A DNA stretch of 62,390 nt, counting the filler, from Sphacelaria rigidula (taxonomy: Eukaryota), in assembly GCA_964200075.2 (NCBI GenBank). It is 4 parts of 4 records of this genome, joined end to end, with 100 filler letters (N's around TTAATTAATTAA, not from the genome) between each part and the next. Parts side by side here need not be neighbours in the genome. Positions count along the whole stretch, not along the records: positions 1 to 15,528 come from CAXNAA020001712.1; positions 15,629 to 31,151 come from CAXNAA020001713.1; 2 more parts are not named here. The stretch is one strand, 5' to 3'. Positions 12,637 to 24,646 of this stretch are shown here, in pieces (within the stretch, counting starts at the first letter, position 1; each line of letters opens with the position of its first letter). Below the pieces are notes generated by a model. That model was not told where the DNA came from. It saw only the letters and a program-made list of their open reading frames with translations, and ran no database searches. Made by a program: the position numbers and the translations under genes.

Positions 12637-13221
12637 CGAGGTGGGCCAGCCAACAGTGGGTAGTTTTCTCGCCCAGGCGACGCATTGAATGAAATTAGGA
12701 GTTGGACACTGAAATTTTGACAGCAGCCTATTATGATCGACATGCAGAACATCACGAGAGCAGCATAGAAAAAAAAAGAAAAGTTATGGGGATTTGAAAT
12801 TTCAGCAGTAACAAGATAATGCCATAATTCCAGAAAAAAAATGAGAATCTGCAGCTGTTCCCGCATTGTATCATTTCCTTGGGTGCGGAAGGTCTTCGTG
12901 AAATTTCAGCTCAAGAGTCGTCGAATTGGGCGCGGCATCGCACTTTTCGTGTGACACAGCCGCGCCCCTATAATTCAAGTGATACAGGAGACTCCAATTA
13001 TGGAGATCATGAGTTCCAATCCCGACACGTTCTCTTTTTTTTCGTCCGTCATTTCGTATATCATGCAGTGCATTTTTTTTTTTTCTTCATTCAGCGGCGG
13101 TGCCGTGTGTTACGAGGTTGATCTGCACTTGACAGTGATATCCTTACATTGGGTTCATTTGGGAACCTGGAAAAGCTGTAGTATGGACAACGTTTGGCCG
13201 TTTTTAAGCTGGTCCAGCTCA
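12637..13221. mobile_element. MITE family B1 (585 bp), Tc1/mariner-like, TA target
   Basis: TA|cgaggtgggccagcc ... gctggtccagctca|TA. Interior homologous to 30865-31151. Confidence 0.7.
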
Positions 13222-15528
13222 TACACTCACTCGTATCCCTTTATCCTTGACTCATCGGTCATTTTCTGTGTATTTATGGCGAAAATGTCGCAGCGAAATT
13301 TCAGGTTTCAATCCGTAAGGATTAGCTGTGCAAGGCTGGTCCAGCACCAATAAAATTGCTCTAGCGTAACCGAGATGATACAGGACCGGACACAAATGAC
13401 AGGGAAATCTCGCCCGGTTTAATGACCTCAAGCGCAAACGGATGTATTCTTGTGATTGCAATGTTGCCGCCTCTATTGCAAGGTGTCCTTTCAATCGGTT
13501 GTTGTACGGTGGCACCCTCCGCAGATGACGGAATCAGTCTCCGATATTGACGCGGACGTGGAGACCCCATCAGACATGGAGGAGTTGTGAGGAGCCCGCT
13601 TCACGGTAGAGTCAGCGGTACGGAAACGGCGAACAAACGCGGATATGGACTTGCGGTTGTCCACAAAGTAGGTCCTTCCATGCCGTTTGCGAAAAGTGTG
13701 GTCAAAGTGTTGAGCCCTCTTTTTGTCGACGGTGTTGAGAGGTTGCTGTGTTCGGTACCGGAACGAGACTGAGTGAGGCCGCTTAACATGTGGAAAACAA
13801 TGCCCGTGCTTCGTTTCCTTTGCCTTCCCACGATGCAGATCGGGTGTAAAGACACCGTTGGATTGTACGTCTTGAAATTACGCCCCACTGGTCACAAAGT
13901 GATGCGCAGGAAAGCGGAACCGAACGGGATGGGATCGCGCTACATCATGGCGAAGCGGATGATACCAGAAGTTTGAAACGGTGCAATGGAAGGTTGCAGG
14001 ACTGTCTATAGTATGTATTTAGTCAAGCAGACTTCCTTGCATCGGCAAACGCTGATGGACAAAAGTGTCTGACATGTCGAAGACCGGAGTCAACAACCTA
14101 ACATTTGTAAGGCAGATGGTCAAGTCATTTCCGTATGAGTGTGTTCGAAGTGAGTGGGAAACCCGTATTCACGTGGCAACAGATGGACGCCACATGGCAC
14201 ATCCCTGTTAGAACGAAACCGGATATTCGGTAGATAGCACACGAGATGGTTGTGTGGAGTCGTGCTTGGAAAACGGAATATATTTCCCACGTTTAGCACG
14301 GTGAACGGGGAAGCAAAATTCGCGCGGCGATTTGGGTGAAGTTCAGTCCTAACATCGAACCGCGGGAAAAGAACCTTTGAGGGGGCGAAGCCATTAACTT
14401 TTTCATTGCATACGCACGTGCCGCTTAACGTCGCGCGCAATCCCTGTTAAATGGTGGTGGATGGTCATAAGCGAGGCCAACACGAGGGTAGGCAACCGCG
14501 TTCAAACTTAGGCGTGATATGCTCTTTACTGGCTAACCATGGTGGAGATTCTTGTCTACGGCACCAGGTAAAGCTCATGTAGGAGGTGCGGTGAAGGCAG
14601 GACTCTCACGATAGTTCATCCGTACCGCTTTCGAGACGGACGGCGGATGAATTACAAGCTCTGTATGCTCCGAAGTGTATCCGCTTCCTACCGACATCCG
14701 GGGGTCCCGGCGTCAAAACCCCCAGAAATCGGTTCGGAATGCATTATAAAAATTGCAAATTTTGCTGGTCCCGAGCACAAGTGACTCCCTCACCGTCCGC
14801 CCGAAGATTAGTCGTGTGACCTTTGCGATTTGCGAGTGACATCATGTCCATATGACCCGTTTGACCTATACACATTTCTCGGTTGGTGACCTGAAAAAGA
14901 ACACGGTTGCTCTGTACATCTGGTTTGAAAACGATCTGTATGACCCGAGTTGCTTGTACTAGGGTTCCCCTAAGTGATTTGAATACTCCGTTTCATCCAT
15001 ACATCGCCTCCTTTGACATACCTGTGTAATCCGGATCAGGTGTACTCAAAAGGCCGATATCAACCTGTGATATCCTCATGACTAGTACAAGGTACCGTCC
15101 TCGTGATCGGTGATACCCGGAATACGGGAAGCGTTTCACGACTAGTTGCACTGTGTTTTCCGAATCGTGTACAAAAACGCGATCTCCACCTATACAACCC
15201 GGGTGACACAAAAAATGACCTGTCCGACGTGTGAAATACTTTCGTTGCGTAACTCGAAAAAATCATCCCACACGGTCGATGCAAGCTTGAACGCACAAGA
15301 AAAAAGGCAGTTTTTGTACTAAAAATAGGTAAATAGGAGGTTCAGCAGATTGTTCTACACTTGGATCCCACATACGGCGAGCGATTTCTCACGCGGGTTT
15401 TTGAAGTTAGACCCCATCATTTTGCACTCGTGTACTACAGGATATTGCGAAACGCTTCAAGGGTCGGACAAATATTGATTCGTCTGGAAACTACTTGGTT
15501 TTAGTATGATGAGTCGACTCGTAACGAA

Positions 15529-15628
15529 NNNNNNNNNNNNNNNNNNNNNNNNNNNNNNNNNNNNNNNNNNNNTTAATTAATTAANNNNNNNNNNNNNNNN
15601 NNNNNNNNNNNNNNNNNNNNNNNNNNNN
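15529..15628. other. Artificial contig linker N44-TTAATTAATTAA-N44
   Basis: 100-bp spacer carrying stop codons in all six frames. Identical at three positions. Confidence 0.98.
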
Positions 15629-15986
15629 CTCCTCCCCTCCTCGCGACTAATCTGCAGTTTGAAGGGATCAAACCATCTTTCCTTCTTCTGACATTTCGTC
15701 ATCGGGGATTGATTGGATCATGACCAACGCCCCTGCACCTCTTCGACTCTCGTTGATTTTTTTCCTACTCACGTCTTCACGCTTTGAAATGGCGGAAAGC
15801 ACATATTAGTGTTGCTCAACATTCCTGTCCTTGTCAGGATTCAAACTGGCAACCTTCAACCTTTTGCTGTATCGCCGTTATGATGCGTTGTAGGCAACAG
15901 ATTGAGAATCTTGTTGGGTGACTATTCGTGTCAGTTGAGCCATGTTCCCCCTCTCCCCCCCCCCCTCCCTCTCTCTGCAGCAGAGT

Positions 15987-18900
15987 ATGTCTGGAGAAGT
16001 GATTGCCAAGGGTATTGAGGGGGGCATTTTTTCGTGGTCGTACTATGGCACGTCTGATGGAGTGGAGCCCAACACGAGGGATGCTTACACGGAACATGTC
16101 ATGCGATGTCAGTGGGGGCCCACGGCGGACAGCATGAAGTCCTGGATGGTCGCACGGAGGTACTATGCTGTTGCGACGAACGTTGGCCGTTGTAAATCAG
16201 CGACCTGGAAAGCATGAAAACACTTCCCGTGTGACGATGAGGTGGTGAGCTGCGTTTCGCACTTACTGCACACGAACGATGGCGTAAGGGCAGGCGTGCC
16301 TCGCCTTGCTTCATGTACTGATTTACACCGCAGTGTATTGCGAGTTGACCTTTTGGCGACGAATGTGGTGATCCTTTTTCCCTGTGTATCTGTGCACATG
16401 TTCTCATGCTACGACGGTGTTGTTTAGGTATCGCGAATTCGACGCGTTGGATATGGACCTTCGAGACGCCTATCCGGACAGACGAGACGCCATGCCAAGG
16501 CTTCCGCCGAAGGTCAGGGGCGCAACTCGTGTTTAGTTTGACACTATTGGAGGCGACTTCCCGGTCGACTACATTCCTTAGTCGCTCTTGTCATCTGTTG
16601 GCTGACTGGTATCGGTCTGTTTCATCTTGTTGTTGGACCGTTGTCTGTACAGCGTTTTTGTCCCTCGCGTGAAGATGGAGTGCCTATCGCCAGTGTCGTC
16701 GATTTTTTTGTGTTACCTGCTGTAGAGAGATGGCGAGAGTGCAACTCTCAGTATTTCCGACGTGCCATGACTTGTACTGAGAAGGGGGGGGGGATGGCTC
16801 ACCTCATTTGTTGATGCAATGCATGGCACGACGTTCTGTAGGAATTTTTCAAGATGGCGCCGGACGTGGTTGAACGGCGGGCGAAAGGTCTGGAGACCTA
16901 CATGGCCACCATCATACACCGATTCCCGGATATGCTAGAGTGTTCGCACCTGGACAGGTACGATCTACATGACGTTGTAAATGCGGGTGTCGAAAACCTG
17001 TTACCAGGTGTTTTTACTTTTTCCAAGCTGCTCTGAACATGCGATACAATCTGGTCATTGTTCAGCAGAGCGAATGTATGGGCAATGCCCTCGATACAGA
17101 TTGTCGGCCGTTTGTGAGTAGTTGCGCGCGAGGTAGTGAGTGTGGTGACAACGGCAATCCGAATGGAGACCTGCATTCAAGACCACCCAGACTGGGCGTT
17201 GCTGTGTGCGGGTTTGCCGTACTCCGTATCATTCGGCGATATCATACTGCCCAACCCCATTTCGAGGGAAACATGTCGTGTTCATTCTGCCTGCGCGGTC
17301 CTTGAATTCTTCAAACATTCATCAGGTACTCTAGCCGAGGTACAAGCTGGGCCAGCCTAGAGGCGGATTTGAATTTTGCGGGCGAATGCGCCGGCCAATA
17401 TTTAGAGTTGGAGCGTAAAATTTGGTGTGGAAAATGCATGGGGCATGAACACAAATTTCCAGAATCACTACATTTTTTTTTTGTTTGAGTTGAGGGCATT
17501 TTACTGATACCTGAAAACTAATTATTGCCCTTAACTCATGAGAAAAAAACGTTTGTTGCTTCTGTTCTTGTTTTTTTATGCCCTACGCATTGTCCATACC
17601 AAATTTTACGCTCCAACTCTAGATATTGGCTGGCGCAGTCCCCTTTTGAAAATCGGATCGGTAGAAGTTCGGAACAGTATTTCGTAGGCCACTCACCGGC
17701 TCACGTTTGGTTTTTGTGTACTAAAATTTTGTGTGGGCCCTCGCTAGGGCATAATTATCAAAACTTAGTGGGTCAGTTTTTTTTCAATTTTTTTCACTGG
17801 TTTAGGACGTTCTAGTATGGTGAAGACCATTTCTTCACGGGAACGCCCTAACCTCTATGAAAAAAAAATGAAGGCCCATATATATTTTTTAATCCGGAAC
17901 ACTTTCGTTGTTCTCCATGCTAAGTTTCAAATCACAATTCTAAAAATTGGGCTCAAGCATGGAGATGAGGCCTGAAAGCAATGTTCGTTTCTCCTCAAAA
18001 CTCCGCTGAAAACACGAAGAAAAATGAAGAAAAAAATGAGAAAAAACCCGACGAAGGGTAACAATCTGTTTTTTTTACTTTATTATGCACTAGCGGTTTC
18101 CATACAAAATTTCATAGCTCAACTCTCAAAAACTAAGACGCAATGTACAGATTTAGGGCATCTAGTGCCTCTGCTCGTAATATATCGATTTTAGTATCAA
18201 AACTTACGTGCGCCATATCTCGAGATAAATCACGAATTAGACGAAGGCGAGGGTATCTATCGTCTTCCCGTGCTCCAGGGAAGGTTCCCACCAAAAATCG
18301 TCATCATCCGCTCAACGTATCGTTCGGGGTTTCATGTAGATTTTAGTGTGGATGCTATCGCCGTACGGTATAGGAATTACTAGACATGGGGTTTAATCAA
18401 CGAGAAAATATTGGCCCAATTTTTTGAGCAGGTGGGCACCTTCCCCTTGACTAGACGATTAATGCGATATGCGGATCAGCGCCCGACTCGTCTGTGTCGA
18501 TGATATATTGCTTCTATAATAGAGCTTAAATCCGTTTTTAGGCTGGCCCAGCTCATACTTCCTCTGTTTCATAAGTCTGTGCAGTTACATTTGTACGCGC
18601 ACTTCACGATGTCCAATTTGATTTTCGTTTTTTTTAATGCATTTGTTGGCGTTTTTTTAGCCGAGAACATTAGTCTTTCTACCACGTGGGTGCTTGACCC
18701 GCGCAGCCTCGCGGCCGAGAAAAAGCAGGTCGGTCAAAACATGCCCATTTTTCGTTCTTTTTCCCAGTCAAGCATAGACGACCCAGGAACACGAAAAATC
18801 GCGGGAAAATGTGACAAAAAGAAACGAAAATCGCAAAATCACCATTGATTTCGGATATCTCCGTGACGTTAAGCTACGCACACCCCATCTAACAAACTTT

Positions 18901-21900
18901 AAGCATGCAATCGGTAGTGCTCGACGTCAAAACTCCCAACATCAGTCAACGTTGGGGTATACCTGGACCGAAAAGGACCAAAATGTGGAATATTTTGACT
19001 TGCATTTAGTGTTGAAGACCACCTTCAATTCTTTTTTTTCTTTAGTGGGCTTGGTATGCGCGTTGTGATTCTAACGCACCCGGGTACGGGATAAACGTCA
19101 ACGTGGGAGCACTCTAACGATAAAGCGCCCATAACTGCACAGACTTATGACACAGAGGAAGTATGATTCTACTGGTTTCATGTATGGCATTTCGCGAAGC
19201 ACGCGCTTCCTAGGAACAAGCGATCACCTATGGTGAGTGGATGAGTTTTTCGTACTAATATACTGTACTGTACTCGTCGCAGGTTCCTCACGATATCTGA
19301 GCGCGTCTCGACAATGGAAGCCGCTCCAACTGCAACGAGAAACGGCAGCACAAGCCATCGTAGAACTCTGGGTACCCACGGTTCCTCCGCCAACGTGTTC
19401 GCGGCGGAACCCTCGGCTGCACGACATATGGGCAACGAGACAAGTTCCTCCAGTGGACTTGTTGGGACTGACTTCATTCTTAATGTGAGTTATTGATGGC
19501 GTGCCGTAAGATGTGATCGTGGTAACTTTTGGGATTTGCTTGTACATATCGCGGCAAAGTCTGATGAAATAAGTTGCGTGTTTCTTTCGTTCCACAGAAG
19601 CGTTATAAATTACATACACCCACCAAGAAACAACTCCGAAGTATATCCCGGGTTTACGGTGTGTGTGCAAACCATACCTTGGATAATTTGTGGTCATTGA
19701 ATAGTTGCAGAAGACTATAAATTACAACTTAGGACCATTACAACTTAGGACCATATATTTTGCCCAAGGTGTGGTGCAAGCCATGCCACCAGGAAGTGCA
19801 GCACAGCATAGCTGATACTCCTCGTGTGTTTGTTCTTCAGTCGATGTGTGATGGCTCATACTTGATTACTATCGTGGGTCTTCTACAACTAAAGCGTGGA
19901 GTATGCTGACGACGATGTCGTGTATCGTGGTATATCGTAGCGTGACGGCGAGGTTGTAGCACATGTGTAAGCTTCGAGTAGTCTCCCGAACCCAACACTT
20001 ACTAGCTGACTTGCAATTCCACACGAAGCAGATGGTGGTGGGTGTGCTACTTTTTTAATATTGAGATTAATACTAACGTTTGAGTAGCGCGGCAGACGAC
20101 AATCCATCTGCAAGCGCGACCAGTAGCTTGTGCCTAGTTATAGTGGCAACCGTAGCTGCCCTTCGACAGCCAAACGATATGTGCGCACTGGACTGTGTTC
20201 CCCAGTATGCTTGTAGCCATTGATGTTGCTGTTGCTCCAGAACGACGTACGAGGGAAAAGTGATTGCGTAAGGTTTTCACTGATGTGTCACCGTCCTTCT
20301 GTCGCAAGAACCTGATAAGGAAGTAGTGGTGTTATTCACCGCAGGGAGTGTTATTCACCGCAGGGAGTGTTATTCACCGCAGGGAGTGTTATTCACCGCA
20401 GGGGTGTTATCCCCCGGCATGGCATACATACCTCATCGAGAAAACACTGCCCCGAACACACTACTACACACCACCTGCCGAGGTTGTGGACCAGGAACAA
20501 GTGAAAACGCCGGGATGCAGTACAGTACCAACATTGGGTAGGAGAATATTTTTCAAAATGGGTGGGATAATTTCGTTCGCGACGGTTCAGGGGAAGAGTT
20601 TATATGGGCCAATATTGCGGAACAGGCACACGTAAAAACACTTGGATACAGTAACTTAACTGGAATCTGTTTGAAAAAAACCTTTTCCTACCGATTTCGG
20701 CGACAAAAAAACTTGGACTCGTGGGTTCGCAGCAGAAACCAGAAGGAAGCTATTCGGTGACCGTCAGAGACCACAGAGGCAGAATTGCGAGGTAATTTGC
20801 ATGTATTATCTACCCTGCATAACAGAGATATTACGAAGAAAATATCTCAACTTCCTCAACGTGTACCCGGGCTGTGATCATGGTCATGGTTGCAAAGGAT
20901 GGGCAAGAAATGAGGCGACCTGAAGTTTTGGTCGTGTATCTTTGGTTGATTTTTTCGAATAAACTGACAAAAACGCTAACGCTAACGCTAAGCCTAACCC
21001 CGACCCAAGGCGTACGAGACCGTCGAGCAAGGGGGGTGCATGAGTTTTCCTAGACAAAGTGTGCGTTGGCAGACCTCAAATCGACGCCGCAGGCGCCGAT
21101 CTCGACAAAAACACGTTCTGGACGAGCTGAGTCCACTGCTCACCCGCCCCAAACCATGAAGCTTCTCATAACTTTCTCAATTCTAAAATCAAGTAGTCAT
21201 ATTGTCAACCATAGATATGCGATCAAGGCTTTAGGTCTACTGCAGGAAATACCCAACCTCCACATCCATTTTCTATTGTAGGACAACTTCATACTGTAAG
21301 TACTGTTGAACGTTGATTATTCCGACGTTCACTCAAAGATATGTACGTCCACGATTGTGATGACCGTGCAAGTACGGTCATAGCGTTCACTACACTACAG
21401 CGCTGCATGATTCAATCGTGTATAGCATTCATCTCTGCCCTGTGTTCGGTCATCAAGGTAAAACACACTACGAGTACGTCGTAATGGAGTTGCAGTACGA
21501 TTCCAATCTCATGTTATTAGAAGACGAAAAAAAACAACAGTACATAACTCGACATAGCTCAGCCCGGTAGAGCGACAGACTGTAGTGGAACTCATGGTCA
21601 TCTGTTGGTCCTTGGTTCGAATCCGAGTGTCGAGAATTTTTTTGTTGCACAAGATCACCGATCATCAAAATTAACGTCGAACCTGTCAAGACAACGTGCA
21701 TACATACATACATGCATGTACGCAAAATCCAGATACTATCAGTCCATATACTATCACCCGCCTTCCTAGGACATATAGATTGAAGGGCGATGCTCTCAAT
21801 CAAACCGTCGTCTTTTCATCGCTTTCTTCAGACGCAACAGATGTTCACAGTATGTGTACTACATGTGACTAGAATAGACTGTCGAATGGGCGATTGATTG

Positions 21901-24245
21901 ATTGATCATCTCACATTAGCTGATTGCAAAAATCCAGCCCGTGGCCAGTAGCAGCAGAAAAGAACAGAATAATAAAAGAAAAACGAAGGGAAGGAACAGA
22001 AAAAGACAGAAGCAACGGCCTCAGAAAGGAAAGAAGAAAGGAAGCAGCGATAACAACAAAACGCGATGATCCATACAGGCTGGTCTCGCTACGTGGGAGC
22101 GGAAGTATTACGGCGATTCCTCACGCAAGGTATAAAAGTTGGCGCCTGAGACTTCGAGAACACGTCTGTATCGGCCAATTTGAGGGCCATCATTATCGCC
22201 AAGCCATACGTTCAAATGCCTTGATGCGCGCAGAGACCAACGCTGGTATGGACGGTCAGAAGCATGCGACGCATTCCTCGGGGTCTGAAATGGAAGACTG
22301 ATGCCGATGCTGAACAGTTCCTATGCACTTGTGTCTGATGAGTGTATCTTGGGTGCTGTTTGTATGCGCGCAGATCATGACGTCTGAGGAAGCCTACAGA
22401 TTGGCCCAGGAGAAGCGTCCCGCCCCTGTCGAGATATCTGTTGCAGAAGATCTCATCGCCGAGCTAGAGGCTCACTTGTCCAGCCTATCGCCATCGGTAG
22501 GTTTCAGTGATGATTCGTACCCCAATATTTCAGCCGCTTTCTGACTTACCATTGTTGAAATGCGCCTGTACATTCTCTAGATCATTGATCGCTCATACTC
22601 GGGGGCTTCGCTCTAGCATCATGACAAGTGACTATGCATGGCCCTCTATACATCTCATGATCAGCTACTGTGCTCTGCCCGTGTAGGTCATTGCACATAG
22701 CTGCGATCTCGCGGAACACCTGAAGGTTGAAGGATTGACCCTCTGGCGCGCGACAAATTTGTGAATTTCTTGTTCTACTCAGCCGGGGATAAGGAATAAG
22801 GGCGTGTTGACATATGTGAAATATGCCAACTATTGTATTTTTTTCGACGATGGTTGGAATCACCACCTATCAGATCGGCATCGTTGTTTCCCACCGCACT
22901 TTTTCGATCGAAAAATGATGTGCTAAGACCGACTCTCATGGGAGCCGTTCAAAATTTGTGTTTAAAACTGCCTTCTTGGTCCTCCTCAGTCGTTTTACGC
23001 CTGATAAGAGAGCTAGGTGGATGTTGACGCCTTGGGATGACTTGCTCCAAACACGGATTTTCAACAAAGAACGGTCAAGCGACCAAATAACAGAGAGGAA
23101 TTTTCATCACCTGGCCATTTTTTACTGAAAATCCGTGTTTGGCCTCGTTTGGCCAAAAAACAAAAGTGCCGCCAGCGGGAAACGCAAAGTTACCCTCGAA
23201 CGGTCTTGACGAGTAAAGGAATAGGCATTCATTCCAAGGCGTTAACATCCGCCCACCCATCTTTTCGGGGGTGAAATTGACGGAGAAGGACCCAAAAGGC
23301 AGTTCTCGACAGGAATTTTGAACGGCTCCCATTAGACTTGGGCTAAGACAAGGCGTAATTGTTCTTGGTGAAAGACAAAACGAACATGCAGCGCCCACAG
23401 TACTGTCCGTGCATAGTAAGCCGGCGTAAGCGGCATTGCCGCCTCACAATGTCAGGTTACAGCACAGCACAGTAGCTCACCTTCGTGCAACAACATGCAT
23501 GAGGTGAAGACTCACACACACACACAAACGACTCTTCATTGAAGGGCGTAACGTCTCGAGTGCAGGGTCTAAGGTCTGAAGACAATTCCCGCCCCTTGCA
23601 GGATGCGGGTTCAATATGAGAGCGGTGAAATCTGTCAACCGCCGGGGCGGCCAACTAGTAACGATCTAAGCTGAATGTCTGCATACTGCAAACGCCGGAA
23701 GGGAGAACACGGAGAGGTCGGGGTCTTCACTACAGGAGTAGCCATAGGAGTAGCAATACAAGTCGCAATACAAAAATCTCGCACGCATCAGCAGAAATGA
23801 CTTGGTCATAATTTTTTCTCGAAATCGTTCGATCTTCTGGCTCCGAAATTTGGTCTCTTTTGAATCCATGTATTCCAACGTTAACAACCGACAGTGTTTT
23901 GGTACATGAATGCTCGGCTCGGCCGGCGTAACACGGACCTTGCGTTGATTTCTTGCACCACGTTGTGTGCACTCTTATCTCATACCGCAGGCACATCTCC
24001 TCTCGGACACCAAACTGTACGATCTCGTAGATCGTGCTCAGCAGTGCTGGCCCCGCATTAAAGCCGCCGCAGCGGTCGCCGTTGCGGGCGAACCACCGTC
24101 GGGCAGTGGGCACGGTCGAGGCTCTAGCGAGGGCTTTTCGGAGATGCTGTTGCCGAGGGTTTTGCAGTGTGACGAGGGCATGGAGCACGCCTTGGGTCAT
24201 TTAAGGGCATGCCTTGTATCCAGAGGCTACATTCATTCTGCGTAG
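15987..24245 (+). CDS. PX (Phox homology) domain protein, about 317 aa, 6 exons
   Basis: Exons 15987-16159, 16428-16512, 16842-16957, 19283-19484, 22374-22496 and 23991-24245 all splice GT-AG in frame (954 nt). PX signature: WMVARR|YREFDALDMDLRDAYPDRRDAMPRLPPK|EFFKMAPDVVERRAKGLETYM...LDR|FL. The start is tentative because an AG acceptor lies just upstream. Confidence 0.85.
17343..18555. mobile_element. MITE family B2 copy 1 (about 1.21 kb), Tc1/mariner-like, TA target, in PX gene intron 3
   Basis: TA|caagctgggccagccta ... taggctggcccagctca|TA. Inverted full-length homologue at 58250-59459. Internal inverted repeat at about 17393-17630. Confidence 0.8.
20329..20412. repeat. Minisatellite, 19-bp unit GTGTTATTCACCGCAGGGA, about 4.3 copies
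   Basis: Head-to-tail copies without spacers. The first three are perfect. Confidence 0.95.
20972..21285 (+). repeat. Dispersed repeat family T headed by degenerate telomere-like (CCCTAA/CGCTAA) motifs
   Basis: cgctaacgctaacgctaagcctaaccccgacccaagg...ggcagacctcaaatcgacgccgcaggcgccgat. Homologues at about 35395-35530, 35610-35712 and 59462-59735. Confidence 0.7.
21548..21635 (+). tRNA. tRNA-Tyr: tRNA-Tyr(GTA) with a 14-nt canonical intron (21586-21599)
   Basis: Acceptor stem CTCGACA/TGTCGAG plus discriminator A. D arm GCTC/GAGC. Anticodon stem ACAGA/TCTGT with CT-GTA-G^A and the intron after position 37. T loop GGTTCGAATCC. T7 Pol III terminator at 21637-21643. Confidence 0.95.
21892..22100 (-). 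mobile_element. Retroposon (LINE/SINE) 3'-end fragment with (CAAT)n tail
   Basis: The reverse complement ends ccacgggctggatttttgcaatcagctaatgtgagatgatcaatcaatcaatc. Body homologous to 61877-62030. Confidence 0.7.
22927..23343. mobile_element. PIF/Harbinger (Tourist-like) MITE, 417 bp, TAA TSD
   Basis: Imperfect TIRs of about 120 bp (gaccgactctcatgggagccgttcaaaa... / ...ttttgaacggctcccattagacttgggc), flanked by TAA at 22924-22926 and 23344-23346. Confidence 0.75.
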
Positions 24246-24646
24246 TGTAGCCGAGATCGAACCCTGGTGTTGGAATACGTCTTTGTCGCTTGCCCGTTTC
24301 TGTTGTAATACGATTGCTGTATTGCAGTGCTGTATATGAGGTGATGTGAAAGCGAGGAGGGGGGTGGAGGCAAATTACAATACACGCCGACGAGTCTCCA
24401 GGCCCTAACAGAACCATACAAGGCAACTCACAAGTATGGTGCACATATGTACAAGAATACTTGATCAAAACTAACGTAGCGAAAACAAGCCGGCCATTCG
24501 TATCTATCGGCAGCAACAGTTGACACTGGGAGCGTTTCGATGGCGCTTTGCTATGGGTGGTGGATGGCATGTACATGAAACATTAAACAACGAATGTCTT
24601 GTGCATGCATCCGTCTCCGCAAAAGCGAGCTTGTAGGCTCGAGCCT

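Noticed and set aside
15573..15584. TTAATTAATTAA as a biological motif or piggyBac site
   Set aside because: It is part of the synthetic six-frame-stop linker, embedded in Ns.
16785..16815. Fourth copy of the poly-G-associated LINE end (G run followed by ctcatttgttg)
   Set aside because: Only about 11 bp of similarity, too short to support.
19721..19754. 16-bp tandem duplication attacaacttaggacc x2
   Set aside because: An isolated slippage-type duplication with no associated element.
20329..20412. Possible CRISPR array (GTGTT... repeats)
   Set aside because: The units are head-to-tail with no spacers, there are no cas genes, and the context is a eukaryotic intron. It is a minisatellite.
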